A program made the position numbers and the translations under genes. DNA of 64,000 nucleotides. Source: an uncultured Pseudomonadota bacterium (lineage in GTDB: Bacteria > Pseudomonadota > Gammaproteobacteria > Acidiferrobacterales > UBA6901). Below, one piece after another: positions 1 to 11,921 of this stretch (position 1 is its first letter; the number at the start of each line of letters is the position of its first letter). Where the stretch lies: positions 149,466 through 213,465 of the forward strand of contig CAVOQN010000002.1 in the NCBI GenBank assembly GCA_963698375.1. Reading direction: 5' to 3'. Under the pieces are notes generated by a model. That model had not been told where the DNA came from. It ran no database searches and saw only the letters and a program-made list of their open reading frames with translations.

Positions 1-905
1 CGGCGCCGGCGCCGTAGGACAGGATCGGACCGACCGCGTCGCCCTTCACCAGTACGGCGTTCATCACACCATCCACGTTGGCGATCAGGCGCCGCTCCGG
101 AATCAGCGTCGGGTGCACGCGCAGTTCCACACCTTTGTCGGTGCGGCGCGCCACACCGAGGCTCTTGATGCGGTAGCCAAGCTGTTCGGCATACTCGACA
201 TCGAGGCGTGTGATTTTGGTGATGCCTTCGGTATAGGTCTTCTTGAATTGCAGCGGAATGCCGAAGGCAATCGCCGCCAGGATGGTCAACTTGTGCGCGG
301 CATCGATGCCTTCGACATCGAAGGTCGGATCGGCTTCGGCGTAACCCAGGCGCTGTGCCTCGGCGAGCACGTCGGCGAAGTCCGCGCCGCGGTCGCGCAT
401 TTCGGTGAGAATGAAATTGCTGGTACCGTTGATGATGCCGGCCAGCCACTCAATGCGGTTACCGGCCAGACCTTCACGGATGGTCTTGATAATCGGAATG
501 CCGCCAGCCACGGCAGCTTCGAATGCCACCATCACGCCCTTCTTTTGTGCGGCGGCAAAAATCTCGTTGCCGTGCGCCGCAATCATCGCCTTGTTGGCGG
601 TCACCACATGTTTGCCATTCTCAATGGCCTGGAGCACCAGCGTGCGCGCCGGTTCGTAGCCACCCATGAGTTCGACCACTACTTCAACCTCGGGGTCGTT
701 CACCACTTCCTGCGGATCGGCAGTGAGGCGAATTCCATCGATCGGACAGTTGCGTTTGCGTTTCAAGGTCGCGGGCCGCGGCATGCACCACACGGATGCC
801 GCGCCCGGCGCGGCGCTGGATTTCGTCGGCATTGCGCGTCAGCACGTTTACCGTGCCGCTGCCGACCGTGCCCAGGCCGAGAATACCAATTTTGACGGGT
901 TCCAC
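1..905 (-). pseudogene. hom: homoserine dehydrogenase; 3' end runs off the window; one frameshift near 767
   Basis: ORF 684..905 gives the N-terminus MEPVKIGILGLGTVGSGTVNVLTRNADEI (NAD-binding glycine loop). After about 767 the Hom-like sequence (RKRNCPIDGIRLTADPQEVV...) continues in another minus frame to base 1. The + ORF 113..895 is its antisense shadow. Confidence 0.85.
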
Positions 906-923
906 GTTTGTTCCTGTAATTGG

Positions 924-2138
924 TTATTTGATGTTCGTTACTTTGCTGGCGGCCTGATCACGACGGATCATGTCCTTGATCGATCGCACCGCCTGACGGG
1001 TGCGATGTTCATTCTCAATCAGTGAGAAGCGCACGTACTCATCGCCGTATTCACCGAAGCCGATGCCCGGTGATACCGCCACCTGCGCCTCGGTCAGCAG
1101 TTTCTTGCAGAATTCGAGCGAGCCCATCTCGCGATACTGCAGCGGGATCTTCGCCCACACGAACATGGTGGCTTTGGGCACATCAACCATCCAGCCGGCG
1201 GCGTGCAGACCGTGGCACAGCACATCGCGGCGCTTCTGGTACATCAGACGAATTTCCTCCACGCAGTCCTGTGGACCTTCCAGCGCCAGGATCGAGGCGA
1301 CCTGAATAGGCGTGAACGTGCCGTAGTCAAAGTACGATTTGAGGCGTGCCAGCGCACCGACCAAGAGTCGCGTTGCCGACCATGAAACCAACGCGCCAGC
1401 CTGGCATGTTGTAGCTTTTCGAAAGCGTGAAGAACTCGACAGCAATATCCTTGGCGCCCGGCACCTGCAGAATGGATGGCGCCTTGTAACCGTCGAACAC
1501 GATATCGGCGTACGCGAGATCGTGCACTACCCAGATGCCGTGTTCCTTGGCGATGGCAATCACCTTCTCGAAGAAATCCAGCTCGACACATTGTGCCGTC
1601 GGATTACCCGGAAAGTTAAGCACCAGCATTTTCGGCTTTGGCCAGGCATTCTTGATGGCCTTTTCGAGTTCGGCAAAAAAATCCCGCCCGGCATCAGCGG
1701 CACATGGCGGATATCGGCCCCGGCGATGACAAAACCATAGGTGTGAATCGGGTAGCACGGATTGGGCACCAGCACCGCGTCACCCTTGTCCACGGTGGCG
1801 AGCGCGAGATGCGACAGGCCTTCTTTGGAACCAATGGTTACAATTGCTTCCTTTTCAGAATTCAGCGTGACGTCGTAGCGACGCTTGTACCAGGCGCAGA
1901 TCGCCTTGCGCAGGCGCGGAATGCCCTTCGATACTGAATAACGATGGGTGTCCTCACGCCGTGCGGCCTCGATCATCTTGTCGACGATATGCGCGGGCGT
2001 GGGCTGATCGGGATTGCCCATGCCGAAATCAATAATATCTTCTCCACGCTTGCGCGCCTGCGCCTTCAATTCATTGACAATATTGAAGACGTAAGGAGGA
2101 AGCCGCTGGATGCGGGGGAATTGGTCTGTCGGGTTCAT
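924..2138 (-). pseudogene. alaC: class I/II aminotransferase, AlaC-type alanine transaminase; two frameshifts (about 1700 and 1400)
   Basis: Three overlapping minus ORFs (1560..2291, 1327..1758, 924..1445) join into one AlaC-like protein. Key segments: [44 protein letters not shown] ... [19 protein letters not shown] ... [20 protein letters not shown] ... [21 protein letters not shown]. The start is taken at the internal Met at 2138. Confidence 0.85.
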
Positions 2139-2283
2139 CGGTTCGTTCCGCCGACGGGCTGTCCCGACGGGTCCTGGAAATACAAGGGGCTTGTAATATA
2201 GGGTGTTACGCAATATGTGAAACATACTGGCGGAAGGCAGGACTGTCAATGCAAGCAGCGTTCTTAAAACAGGGAAAGGAGCC

Positions 2284-2662
2284 ATGCACATTCAGCTTGA
2301 AACCGGTGGCCAGGCCAATCTGATCCGCACTTATACACCAGGCCTGATCAGCGTCAACCAGGACAGCTATACACGCAGTCTGATCGTGCTGCCTGGACAG
2401 ATTATCTCGGATTGGCCACCACAGAACTTTGAGGAATTGACAGTGGCACATATCGGGATTCTCGTGTCACTGAGACCGGAACTGTTGCATACTCGGCACC
2501 GGGCGACGTCAGCAGTTTCCGCCTGCAGCGATACTGGCGCCACTGGCAACCGCCGGGATCGGCTGGGAAGTCATGGATACTGGTGCTGCCTGCCGGACTT
2601 ATAACGTTCTTATGAGCGAGGGACGAAATGTGGCAGCGGCATTGTTAATGATTGAGAACTAG
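2284..2662 (+). pseudogene. Mth938-like (DUF498/NDUFAF3-family) protein; one frameshift near 2470
   Basis: ORF 2284..2604 starts [53 protein letters not shown]. The typical family C-terminus GIGWEVMDTGAACRTYNVLMSEGRNVAAALLMIEN is read in a second frame and ends at TAG 2660..2662. Confidence 0.7.
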
Positions 2663-2734
2663 ATCACTACGTAATGGCACAGTTGCGCTTGTAAATTGCC
2701 TTGATTGGTGGCAGCGCTTCTTGGCGTTCGATCT

Positions 2735-3835
2735 TCAGAACAACGAATCAATGGAGTAGTCATTTTTTTCGAGCAGCACACGCAAGCGCTTCAGGGCCTC
2801 GACTTGGATTTGACGTACGCGTTCACGCGTCACACCCAGATCGGCGCCTACTTCCTCCAGCGTCGAAATCTCACGGTTGTTCAGATCCAAACCGCCTTTC
2901 CACCACTTCGCGCTGCTTGTCGTTGAGTTCGCTGAGCCAGTGTTGCACCAGTCCATGCAGGTCTTCGTCCTGCATGATCCGTTCCGGATCGGGAGTACGC
3001 TCGTCGGCAATGGCATCGAGCAGCGAGCGATCCGGGTCGTTGTCGAGCGGTGCATCCACCGAGGCGATGCGTTCGTTCAGTCCAAACATCTCCTTCACGT
3101 CCTCGATCGGCTTGTCGAGCAGGGTTCGCCACTTCTTCTGGTGTTGGCTCGTGATCGAGCTTCTGTGAAAGATAGCGCGCGGCACGCAGGTAGACGTTGA
3201 TTTCCTTGAGCACGTGCACCGGCAGTCGAATGGTGCGCGTCTGGTTCATGATCGCACGTTCGATGGTTTGACGAATCCACCAGGTGGCATAGGTCGAAAA
3301 ACGGAAGCCGCGCTCCGGGTCGAATTTTTCAACTGCACGAATCAGGCCGAGATTTCCTTCTTCGATGAGATCGAGCAGCGCCAGGCCGCGGTTCATGTAA
3401 CGGCGCGAGATCTTTACCACAAGCCGCAGGTTGCTCTCGATCATGCGCTTGCGTGAGGCTTCGTCGCCTTTGCGCGCACGGCGTGAGAAGTACACTTCTT
3501 CTTCGGCACTCAGCAGTGGCGAGAAACCGATTTCCTTCAGATACAGACGGGTCGCATCGGCTTGCAGTGCAGGTTCAACGGGAGTTTCGCGGGCTATCCT
3601 CGGCTGCTTCTTCGGCCGGCTCGACATCCGCAGGTGTCTCGCTCGCCGCATCGTCTTCTTCAGACTCGACGTCATCCGCAGCGAGCTCCGTCTCGCCATC
3701 CTCGACATCCGTCAGAACCGGAAACAGTTTTTCCTGATCGACTTCTTCCGTCGGTATGGTTTTACTGCGCGCCGACCGTTTGCCCTGCTTTTTTTTGGTT
3801 GTGGCGACCCGAGTGGTTTTTTTCCGTGTGGCCAT
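2735..3835 (-). pseudogene. rpoS: RNA polymerase sigma factor RpoS (sigma-38); about three frameshifts
   Basis: Four minus ORF pieces (3575..3835, 2881..3708, 2871..3185, 2735..3055) cover a complete sigma-70-family protein. Key segments: [94 protein letters not shown]. It lies directly downstream of nlpD, as in the classical surE-pcm-nlpD-rpoS cluster. Confidence 0.85.
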
Positions 3836-3838
3836 GGG

Positions 3839-4705
3839 TTAGCGCTTGGGTAGATACTTCAGTGGGTCTGTGGGAACACCCTGACGACGGATCTCAAAGT
3901 GCAGCTTCACCCGATCTGTACCGGTTTTGCCCATGTCCGCTATTTTTTGACCACGCTTCACCACGTCTCCTTCCTTAACGTAAATCTTGTCGTTGTGCGC
4001 GTAAGCACTGAGAAATTCATCACTATGCTTGATGATAATAAGCTGACCGTATCCGCGAAGTCCACTGCCCTGATAGACGATACGACCGCCTGCGGTGGCG
4101 CGTATCGGTTGGCCGCGCTTGCCACCGATGTCGAGCCCCTTGCCAGAACCGCTATCACTGTAGCGCTTCAGAAGCTGTCCATCGGCTGGCCATGCCCATG
4201 AGCCGGCGGGTGTCTTGCTGCTGGCGGTAAGCTGGCACAGTGCCCGAGCTTGTTTTTGTCTTGGGCCTGACTGGCACTCGACGATCGGTCGTGCCTGACT
4301 TGCTGGAGGAATTTGAGGATTTCGTATTGATCTTGTTTGCGATCCTTGCTGGTTGCAATCTGCTTGGCCGGCGCCTGTCGTCTTTTCCGTCGGCGGCAAG
4401 ACATGCAACGTCTGGCCCGGCTTGATGGTGTACGGGTGGATGAAATCCGGTTCCATTTGGCCAGCTCACGATAATCCTGGCCCGTTTCCCAGGCGATGCT
4501 GTAGAGCGTATCGCCATGAACCACCGTACGAATTGGCTGACTCGGGTTGGCGCAGTGGCAAACGATTGTTCGTCAATCAGTGGTTTGGTGTCCGGCGTAT
4601 TGTTTCGACACGATTGTCGGCAGGGACGATACGCTGCCTCGAGCAGGCTGTCAGAACACCCGCCAGGGCCGGCAGCAGAATGCAAGCTATACGGAAACGC
4701 CACAT
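3839..4705 (-). pseudogene. nlpD: murein hydrolase activator NlpD (lipoprotein, LysM + M23 peptidase domains); about three frameshifts
   Basis: My hand translation from ATG 4705 gives MWRFRIACILLPALAGVLTAC, a signal peptide with a lipobox. The LysM part VVHGDTLYSIAWETGQDYRELAKWNRI lies in ORF 4168..4524. The M23 part GKGLDIGGKRGQPIRATAGGRIVYQGSGLRGYGQLIIIKHSDEFLSAYAHN lies in ORF 3839..4456. Confidence 0.8.
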
Positions 4706-4771
4706 CAGCAACTCGACGGGCCCCGGCTCATTCAGGAGATATCCTGAATAAGCGGAACAAAATTGACCAAT

Positions 4772-5388
4772 TCAATCATGCTCACGCACGACACCTTCGG
4801 CTGTCTGTCGAATGCTGAGCAACTCCTGATCGGCGGTGTCACCAACCGGAATCAGCAGTCGCCCACCGGGTGCAAGTTGTGCCAGCAACGCCGCGGCACA
4901 TCGGCGGCGGCGGCCGTTACCAGAATTGCGTCGTAGGGAGCGTACTCCGGCCAACCATCGCTGCCGTCGCTGAGTTTCAGGCGGAAATTCCGGTAACCCA
5001 GCTCCTGAAGACAGCGGCGCGCACTTTTGTGCAGGGGTTCGATGCGTTCTACGGAAAATACCTCTTGCGTCAGCGCGCACAGGACGGCGGTTTGATAGCC
5101 GGAGCCGGTACCGATTTCGAGCACACGACGCGCGCCATCGGCAAGCAACAGCTCGGTCATGCGCGCCACGATGTATGGTTGTGAGATAGTCTGGCCGTGA
5201 CCAATAGGCAATGCGGTGTCTTCGTAAGCACGGCTTGCAAGCGCCTCGTCCATAAACAGGTGGCGCGGTACCTTGCCGATGGTTTCGAGCACGGCGGCAT
5301 CGCTTATGCCGGCCTCACGCAGGCGCTGGATCAGGCGCTCGCGTGTACGTGCCGATGTCATGCCAATGCCGGTCAGACGCGTGGTCAT
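4772..5388 (-). pseudogene. pcm: protein-L-isoaspartate O-methyltransferase; one frameshift near 4890
   Basis: ORF 4852..5388 contains [16 protein letters not shown] and [15 protein letters not shown] (SAM-binding motif). The C-terminus [16 protein letters not shown]...LLSIRQ is in ORF 4772..5080. Confidence 0.85.
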
Positions 5389-6131
5389 GTGCTCCCGAGC
5401 CAGGAAGTCATTTGGGCGAGCGTTACATGACGGGTGAGATCTACGTGCAAAGGCGTGACCGACACATGATTCTGACGCACCGCGTGAAAATCCGTGCCTG
5501 GCCCGGCATCCGCTTCCGCACCTGACGGACCCACCCAGTAGATCGCATTGCCGTGCGGATCGGCGGACTTGATCACCGGCTCGGCCTTGTGGCGATGACC
5601 GAGACGCGTTGCCTCAAAAACGCCCAATTTTTCGTAGGGAATGTCTGGAACATTTACATTCAGGATTGTATCCGTCGGGAGCGGGTGGCTCTTGAGTTTT
5701 TCGAGCAACCGCAGCGCGACTCGTGCAGCGGTATCAAAATACCTGCCCTCACGTCCAACCAGAGATACTGCAATGGCCGGTAGTCCAAGAAAGCGTCCTT
5801 CCATGGCGGCGGCGACCGTACCTGAGTAGATCACGTCGTCGCCGAGGTTGGCGCCATGGTTGATGCCTGCGATGACCATGTCTGGTTCCTGGGCCAGCAG
5901 GCCGGTAATGGCCAAGTGCACGCAATCTGTAGGCGTGCCATCCACGTAGTAGAACCCACTCGCGGCACGCTGCATGCGCAGTGGCCGGGACAACGTCAGA
6001 GAATTGCTGGCGCCGCTGCGATCGCGCTCGGGGGCGACAACATCAATGTGTGCAATCTGCCGGACTGCTTCCGCGAGGGCGGCGAGCCCGGGAGCGAAAT
6101 AGCCGTCATCATTACTGAGAAGAATGCGCAT
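5385..6131 (-). CDS. surE: 5'/3'-nucleotidase SurE
   Basis: Intact 248-aa ORF starting [23 protein letters not shown], with [24 protein letters not shown]. It overlaps the pcm start by 4 nt. Confidence 0.95.
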   Translation of the reverse strand: MRILLSNDDGYFAPGLAALAEAVRQIAHIDVVAPERDRSGASNSLTLSRPLRMQRAASGFYYVDGTPTDCVHLAITGLLAQEPDMVIAGINHGANLGDDVIYSGTVAAAMEGRFLGLPAIAVSLVGREGRYFDTAARVALRLLEKLKSHPLPTDTILNVNVPDIPYEKLGVFEATRLGHRHKAEPVIKSADPHGNAIYWVGPSGAEADAGPGTDFHAVRQNHVSVTPLHVDLTRHVTLAQMTSWLGST

Positions 6132-6298
6132 GACCGTCGCACCTTATATAAAAGATCATGCCCAATTCAAGACGGGCAATGTGGAGCGGCGGCAGACACA
6201 CTCATCGACGTGCGCCCAAGCCGAATGCACAGGATTGAGTGAATCAAAACCATTGAGAATGTTTAGCCAAGGACGATACGCATGACATGAAAAAAGAT

Positions 6299-6375
6299 TG
6301 GTCGGGACGAGAGGATTTGAACCTCCGACCACCTCCACCCCAAGGAGGTGCGCTACCAGGCTGCGCTACGCCCCG
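6299..6375 (-). tRNA. tRNA-Pro (anticodon GGG)
   Basis: The reverse complement reads CGGGGCGTAGCGCAGCCTGGTAGCGCACCTCCTTGGGGTGGAGGTGGTCGGAGGTTCAAATCCTCTCGTCCCGACCA. It folds by hand into a cloverleaf with anticodon stem CCTCC/GGAGG, loop TTGGGGT, a TTCAAAT T-loop and an encoded CCA. Confidence 0.9.
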
Positions 6376-6457
6376 CTGAAACTTCTACCGGCACCGAGGG
6401 ATAAACGAGCGCCAAGGGCGCATATCATACCCGAGAATACTTGCGGGAGAAACGCGA

Positions 6458-6823
6458 TCAGGATTTGCGGGGACCGAGAAGTGCCAGCACATCCTCAAGC
6501 TCCTGGATGAGCTGGTGAATAACGGCGGAACGCTGATTCGGGTCGCTCAGGTCATTTTCGACCACGAGCTTGTTGCGCGCACCGCTGATGGTGAAGCCAT
6601 CGACGTACAGGAGGCTGCGAATTTGGCGAATCAACATCACGTCATGTCGCTGGTAATAGCGACGATTGCCCCGTCGCTTGACCGGCTTGAGCTGGGGAAA
6701 CTCCTGTTCCCAATAACGCAGCACATGTGGCTTGACCCCGCACAGCTCGCTGACTTCACCAATGGTAAAGTAACGTTTGCTGGGAATGGGTGGCAACTCA
6801 AGATTGTCTTCGGGATCCAGCAT
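6458..6823 (-). CDS. MerR-family transcriptional regulator (ihfA-linked)
   Basis: The 121-aa ORF has a MerR-type helix-turn-helix, [25 protein letters not shown]...[13 protein letters not shown]. It overlaps the ihfA 3' end by 26 nt. Confidence 0.8.
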   Translation of the reverse strand: MLDPEDNLELPPIPSKRYFTIGEVSELCGVKPHVLRYWEQEFPQLKPVKRRGNRRYYQRHDVMLIRQIRSLLYVDGFTISGARNKLVVENDLSDPNQRSAVIHQLIQELEDVLALLGPRKS

Positions 6824-7103
6824 TCTGGTCGACTCGTTCTTTTAACTTGTGGCTGGCCCGGAAAGTGACTACCCGGCGCGCGGAAATCGGAATTTCTTCA
6901 CCAGTCTTGGGATTGCGGCCCGGGCGCGGATTCTTCTTGCGTAGCCCAAAATTGCCGAAACCCGAAAGTTTCACAGACTCGCCGTTTTCCAAGGCCTCAC
7001 GGATCTTCTCGAAGAAGAATTCGACGAATTCCTTGGCTTCCCTTTTGTTTAATCCCAGCTCGTTGAACAGAGCCTCGGCCAGATCAGCCTTGGTTAACGC
7101 CAT
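6798..7103 (-). CDS. ihfA: integration host factor subunit alpha
   Basis: [81 protein letters not shown] is a typical IHF-alpha sequence. It lies downstream of pheST. Confidence 0.95.
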   Translation of the reverse strand: MALTKADLAEALFNELGLNKREAKEFVEFFFEKIREALENGESVKLSGFGNFGLRKKNPRPGRNPKTGEEIPISARRVVTFRASHKLKERVDQNAGSRRQS

Positions 7104-7130
7104 CAGAATGAGCCCTTATTGCTTGAAGTC

Positions 7131-9533
7131 TTATTGTCTGAGCTTTGCATCGAAGTCGGCCTTTAGACCGGCAACCACTCTCCCTACCACTGTTTCAATT
7201 TCCACTTCATTAAGAGTGCGCGATGTATGCTGGAAGGTCAAGCCCAGAGCCAGACTTTTTCTTCCGGAATCAATGCCTTCGCCGCGATACTCGTCAAACA
7301 GCTCAAGGTTGACCAAGAGCTCCCCTGCTGAATTCCGGACGTTCTCCAGTACATCCTGAGCCGTGATCGCCTCAGCCAGTACCAGGGCTAGATCACGACG
7401 AATGGCTGGAAAACGCGAAATTACCTGAAATTCTGGACTAATTGCCTCCTGCAGGGCGGGTAAACGCAGCTCAAACAGAATAACCGACTTTTCCAATCGG
7501 AATTGTTCCTGTATTTGTGGGTGCAGCACTCCAATCAAACCAATGGGGTGGCTTGCGTTCCCGGAAAGCACGATTTCTGCGGCTTGTCCGGGATGCAGGG
7601 CTGGGTGACTTGCCGACCGGAACAAGAACCGGCGCGGACCACCCAGAGCCAGCAAGGCCTCGATATCGCCTTTGACATCGAAAAAATCGACTGGCCGGGC
7701 CTTAACCCCCCATTGTTCCGGCAACGCTGCACCCGTGACAATGCCGGCGATGACTGGCTGCTCGTCCACAGTGCCGTCAGGTTTGGCTAGAAAACGGCTG
7801 CCGATCTCAAATAACCGTACACGATCCTGTTGGCGGTTCTGATTGTAGAGCACCGCTTTGATCAGGCCGGGCCAGAGCGTCAGGCGCATTTGCGCCATAT
7901 CCGAGGCTATCGGGTTGGCCAGTACACGCGGGGAATCACCAGGTGAAAGTAAAGCCTGTGCAGCTGGATCCACAAAGCTGTAGGTGATCGCCTCCTGATA
8001 CCCCCGGTCAACGAGTGCGTCGCATATACGCCGGGTGGATATTTTCGACTCGGAAACGGCTGGCACATGTAGCGGTGCCAGCGGAACGCGTACAGGCACT
8101 TTGTCGTATCCATTCACACGCGCCAGCTCTTCGATAAGATCAACTTCGCGGGCAATGTCTGAGCGCCAACTGGGCGGAGTAACTTTCCAGCTGCGCCCGG
8201 CTTTGCCGGATGTCGGCTTGGTCAGGCGCATCCCAAGGCGTTTAAGTATGTTCTCGATCGTGGCCGACGGGATCGGCATTCCCAGAATGCGCTCGATGCG
8301 TGCAGCGCGCAGTTGAATTGCCGTATGTCTGGGGATGTGTGCAGCGGAAATTTTTTCCGTGATCGGGCCAGGTTTGCCGCCACAGATGCTGAGTACAAGT
8401 CCGGTTGCGCGCTCCAGTGCCTGACGCTGAATCGCCGGGTCCACACCACGCTCGAAGCGATGCGATGAATCGCTGTGTAAACTGTAGAAACGTGCACGGG
8501 TGCCAATGGCCTCCGGTCTGAACCAGGCACTCTCGAGGAACAGATTTTGCGTGGCACTACCGACCGCCGAATCCTGACCGCCCATGACGCCGGCGAGCGC
8601 GACTGGCGAGCGCGCATCGGCAATCACCAGGTCAGCCGTATCGAGCGTAAGCGCCTTGCCATCGAGCAGTTGAAGTACTTCGTCTTTGCGCGCATGGCGC
8701 ACCGAGATGTTGCCTGACAGCTTGTCAAGATCGAAAGCATGCATCGGCTGGCCAAATTCGAGCATCACATAATTGGTGATGTCGACCACCGGATGAATGC
8801 TGCGTATGCCGCAGCGACGCAGGCGCTCTTTCATCCAGAACGGTGTCGCGGCCTGTGACTGAATGCCCTCGATGATTCGTCCGGTATAACGGGCACAAGC
8901 GTTCTTTGCACTGAGCGTGACGCTTAACTTGCGCCGCGATGTGGTCTTAACCGGCTTCACAGCCAGTGGCGTGTAGCGCGCGTCGGTCAGTACCGCCAGT
9001 TCACGCGCCAGCCCCATGATACTCAGACAGTCGCCGCGATTCGGTGTCAGTTCAACTTCAAGCTGCTGATCATCCAGCTGCAGATATTTGGTGACCGGTG
9101 TACCTGGTTTCGCTTTCTTCTCAAAGACCAGCAGACCCTGGGAGGATTCTTCAAGGCCTAATTCGGCGGCGGCACATAACATCCCGGAGGATTCCACTCC
9201 ACGAATCGTGGTACGGGAAATTTTCGTTCCATTCGGCAGCGATGCGCCCTCCAGAGCTACCGGCACCTTTTGCCCGGCCGCAGCATTGGCGGCGCCACAG
9301 ACGATGGTCAGCGGCGGCTTCTGTCCGACGTATACCTGACAAATTCGCAGTCGGTCTGCCTGCGGATGTGGCTCAATCGATTGAATTTCTCCTACAACAA
9401 TGTGTTCGAGGGGTGCGGCCACCGGGTTCACAGAACCGACCTCGATCCCGGCGAGCGTCAACCGTTCGGCCAGCGCCTTGGTACTTAGACGCACCGCAAC
9501 CCATTCACGCAGCCATTGTTCGCTGATTTTCAT
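7131..9533 (-). CDS. pheT: phenylalanine--tRNA ligase beta subunit
   Basis: Long intact ORF 7131..9593. The start is taken at the internal Met at 9533 (MKISEQWLREWV...), a typical PheT N-terminus. The tRNA-binding, B3/4 and B5 regions are recognisable. Confidence 0.95.
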   Translation of the reverse strand: MKISEQWLREWVAVRLSTKALAERLTLAGIEVGSVNPVAAPLEHIVVGEIQSIEPHPQADRLRICQVYVGQKPPLTIVCGAANAAAGQKVPVALEGASLPNGTKISRTTIRGVESSGMLCAAAELGLEESSQGLLVFEKKAKPGTPVTKYLQLDDQQLEVELTPNRGDCLSIMGLARELAVLTDARYTPLAVKPVKTTSRRKLSVTLSAKNACARYTGRIIEGIQSQAATPFWMKERLRRCGIRSIHPVVDITNYVMLEFGQPMHAFDLDKLSGNISVRHARKDEVLQLLDGKALTLDTADLVIADARSPVALAGVMGGQDSAVGSATQNLFLESAWFRPEAIGTRARFYSLHSDSSHRFERGVDPAIQRQALERATGLVLSICGGKPGPITEKISAAHIPRHTAIQLRAARIERILGMPIPSATIENILKRLGMRLTKPTSGKAGRSWKVTPPSWRSDIAREVDLIEELARVNGYDKVPVRVPLAPLHVPAVSESKISTRRICDALVDRGYQEAITYSFVDPAAQALLSPGDSPRVLANPIASDMAQMRLTLWPGLIKAVLYNQNRQQDRVRLFEIGSRFLAKPDGTVDEQPVIAGIVTGAALPEQWGVKARPVDFFDVKGDIEALLALGGPRRFLFRSASHPALHPGQAAEIVLSGNASHPIGLIGVLHPQIQEQFRLEKSVILFELRLPALQEAISPEFQVISRFPAIRRDLALVLAEAITAQDVLENVRNSAGELLVNLELFDEYRGEGIDSGRKSLALGLTFQHTSRTLNEVEIETVVGRVVAGLKADFDAKLRQ

Positions 9534-9622
9534 AAAATCGAAATATATAAACCACAAATGATCACTGATCAACGGCCTTTCGGATAGATTCAACAGTCTG
9601 CGTTCATCTGTGACTGGAATCG

Positions 9623-10723
<1,101 letters not shown>

Positions 10724-10746
10724 TTAACCGCTCACCGGCGCGGCAA

Positions 10747-11103
10747 TCAGACAAGACTGGCCTTGGCCTTCTCCGCCAGGGCAGCGAAGGCCTTCTTGTC
10801 GTGCACGGCGATATCAGCCAGCATTTTGCGATCGACCTCGATCGTGGCTTTCTGCAGACCGCTGATGAAGCGGCTGTAGGACAGGCCGCATTCACGCGCG
10901 GCCGCATTGATACGCACGATCCAGAGCGAACGAAAATCACGTTTACGTGCGCGCCGGTCGCGATAGGCATACTGTTCGGCCTTCATGACCGCCTGTTTGG
11001 CGACCCGATAGACCTTGCGGCGTGCGTTGTAGTAACCCTTGGCCTTCGCCAGGACCTTCTTGTGGCGGGCGCGTGCGACAACTCCGCGTTTTACACGTGG
11101 CAT
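10747..11103 (-). CDS. rplT: 50S ribosomal protein L20
   Basis: [39 protein letters not shown]..., 118 aa. Confidence 0.95.
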   Translation of the reverse strand: MPRVKRGVVARARHKKVLAKAKGYYNARRKVYRVAKQAVMKAEQYAYRDRRARKRDFRSLWIVRINAAARECGLSYSRFISGLQKATIEVDRKMLADIAVHDKKAFAALAEKAKASLV

Positions 11104-11115
11104 GGTTTGTCTCCT

Positions 11116-11313
11116 TTACGCGTTCGGCAGCATACGCCGCACAGAGGCGACATCGGATTCATGCACCATAGTGTTGCCGCGCAGATGGCGCTTGGTCTTG
11201 GTCGATTTTTTGGTCAGGATATGACGCACGAAGGCGTGACCGGATTTGAATCCGCCGCCTCCGGTTTTCCGAAAGCGCTTCGCGGCGCCCCGGTTGGTTT
11301 TAAGCTTAGGCAT
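11116..11313 (-). CDS. rpmI: 50S ribosomal protein L35
   Basis: [45 protein letters not shown], 65 aa. Confidence 0.95.
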   Translation of the reverse strand: MPKLKTNRGAAKRFRKTGGGGFKSGHAFVRHILTKKSTKTKRHLRGNTMVHESDVASVRRMLPNA

Positions 11314-11396
11314 GTGACTTGACTCCGCATTCTCACGCCGTCGGTGCGAACCGGTGAGGCGCTACAGGTTTATAAATGTCGCGATACGACCGCGAC

Positions 11397-11921
11397 CTAT
11401 TTTTTGGGGCCGATGACCATGACCATCTGACGACCTTCAAGACGCGGAAACTGTTCGACATTTCCGTATTCCTTCAAGTCCTCTTCAATGCGTTTCAGCA
11501 GTTGCGTGCCCAATTCCTGATGGGCCATTTCGCGACCGCGGAAGCGCAAGGTAATCTTGGCCTTGTCCCCTTCTTCCAGGAAACGAATCAGGTTGCGTAG
11601 TTTGACCTGATAGTCTCCAACGTCCGTCCCCGGACGAAACTTCACTTCCTTGATCTGGATCTGTTTCTGCTTCTTTTTCGCCGCGTGCTTGCGTTTGCTC
11701 TCTTCGTACTGGAATTTTCCGAAGTTCATGATCCGGCAGACGGGCGGCGAAACATTCGGTGAAATCTCGACAAGATCCATCCCGGCTTCTTCCGCCATGC
11801 GTTTTGCATCAGACGTAGGCACCACTCCGACCTGCTTGCCATCAGCGCCGATCAGCCGGACCGACGGAATCCGGATTTCGTCGTTGATGCGTGTAGCTTT
11901 TTCCGCAGCGATAGTTCTAAT
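11397..11921 (-). CDS. infC: translation initiation factor IF-3; non-AUG start (ATT at 11921 or ATC at 11912)
   Basis: The ORF frame contains [23 protein letters not shown]...[27 protein letters not shown]. There is no in-frame ATG near the conserved N-terminus. An ATT overlaps the thrS TAG (gATTAG), and an ATC lies 8 nt after a GGAGGA. Confidence 0.9.
   Translation of the reverse strand: MRTIAAEKATRINDEIRIPSVRLIGADGKQVGVVPTSDAKRMAEEAGMDLVEISPNVSPPVCRIMNFGKFQYEESKRKHAAKKKQKQIQIKEVKFRPGTDVGDYQVKLRNLIRFLEEGDKAKITLRFRGREMAHQELGTQLLKRIEEDLKEYGNVEQFPRLEGRQMVMVIGPKK

Noticed and set aside
113-895. A 260-aa + strand ORF, and many other long ORFs antisense to recognised genes. Examples: 12829..13701 (290 aa), 21342..22367 (341 aa), 42340..43629 (429 aa), 51307..52572 (421 aa), 16220..16909, 34072..34863, 49152..50081, 55698..56423, 58173..58883, 63085..63819.
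   Set aside because: Each lies exactly opposite a gene with an unmistakable conserved product (hom, thrS, the transporter, sdhA, pyrG, uvrB, lepA, eno, dnaE, lpxD). Their translations are low-complexity R/A/G/H-rich. Long stop-free antisense frames are expected in roughly 60% GC DNA.
11314-11396. Possible L20 (rplT) autoregulatory structure or attenuator in the infC-rpmI spacer (hairpin GTCGCG-GTCGTAT-CGCGAC and an imperfect CTCACCG...CGGCGTGAG pairing).
   Set aside because: The hairpins are short. I cannot establish by eye the long-range pseudoknot known from E. coli. A covariance-model scan is needed.
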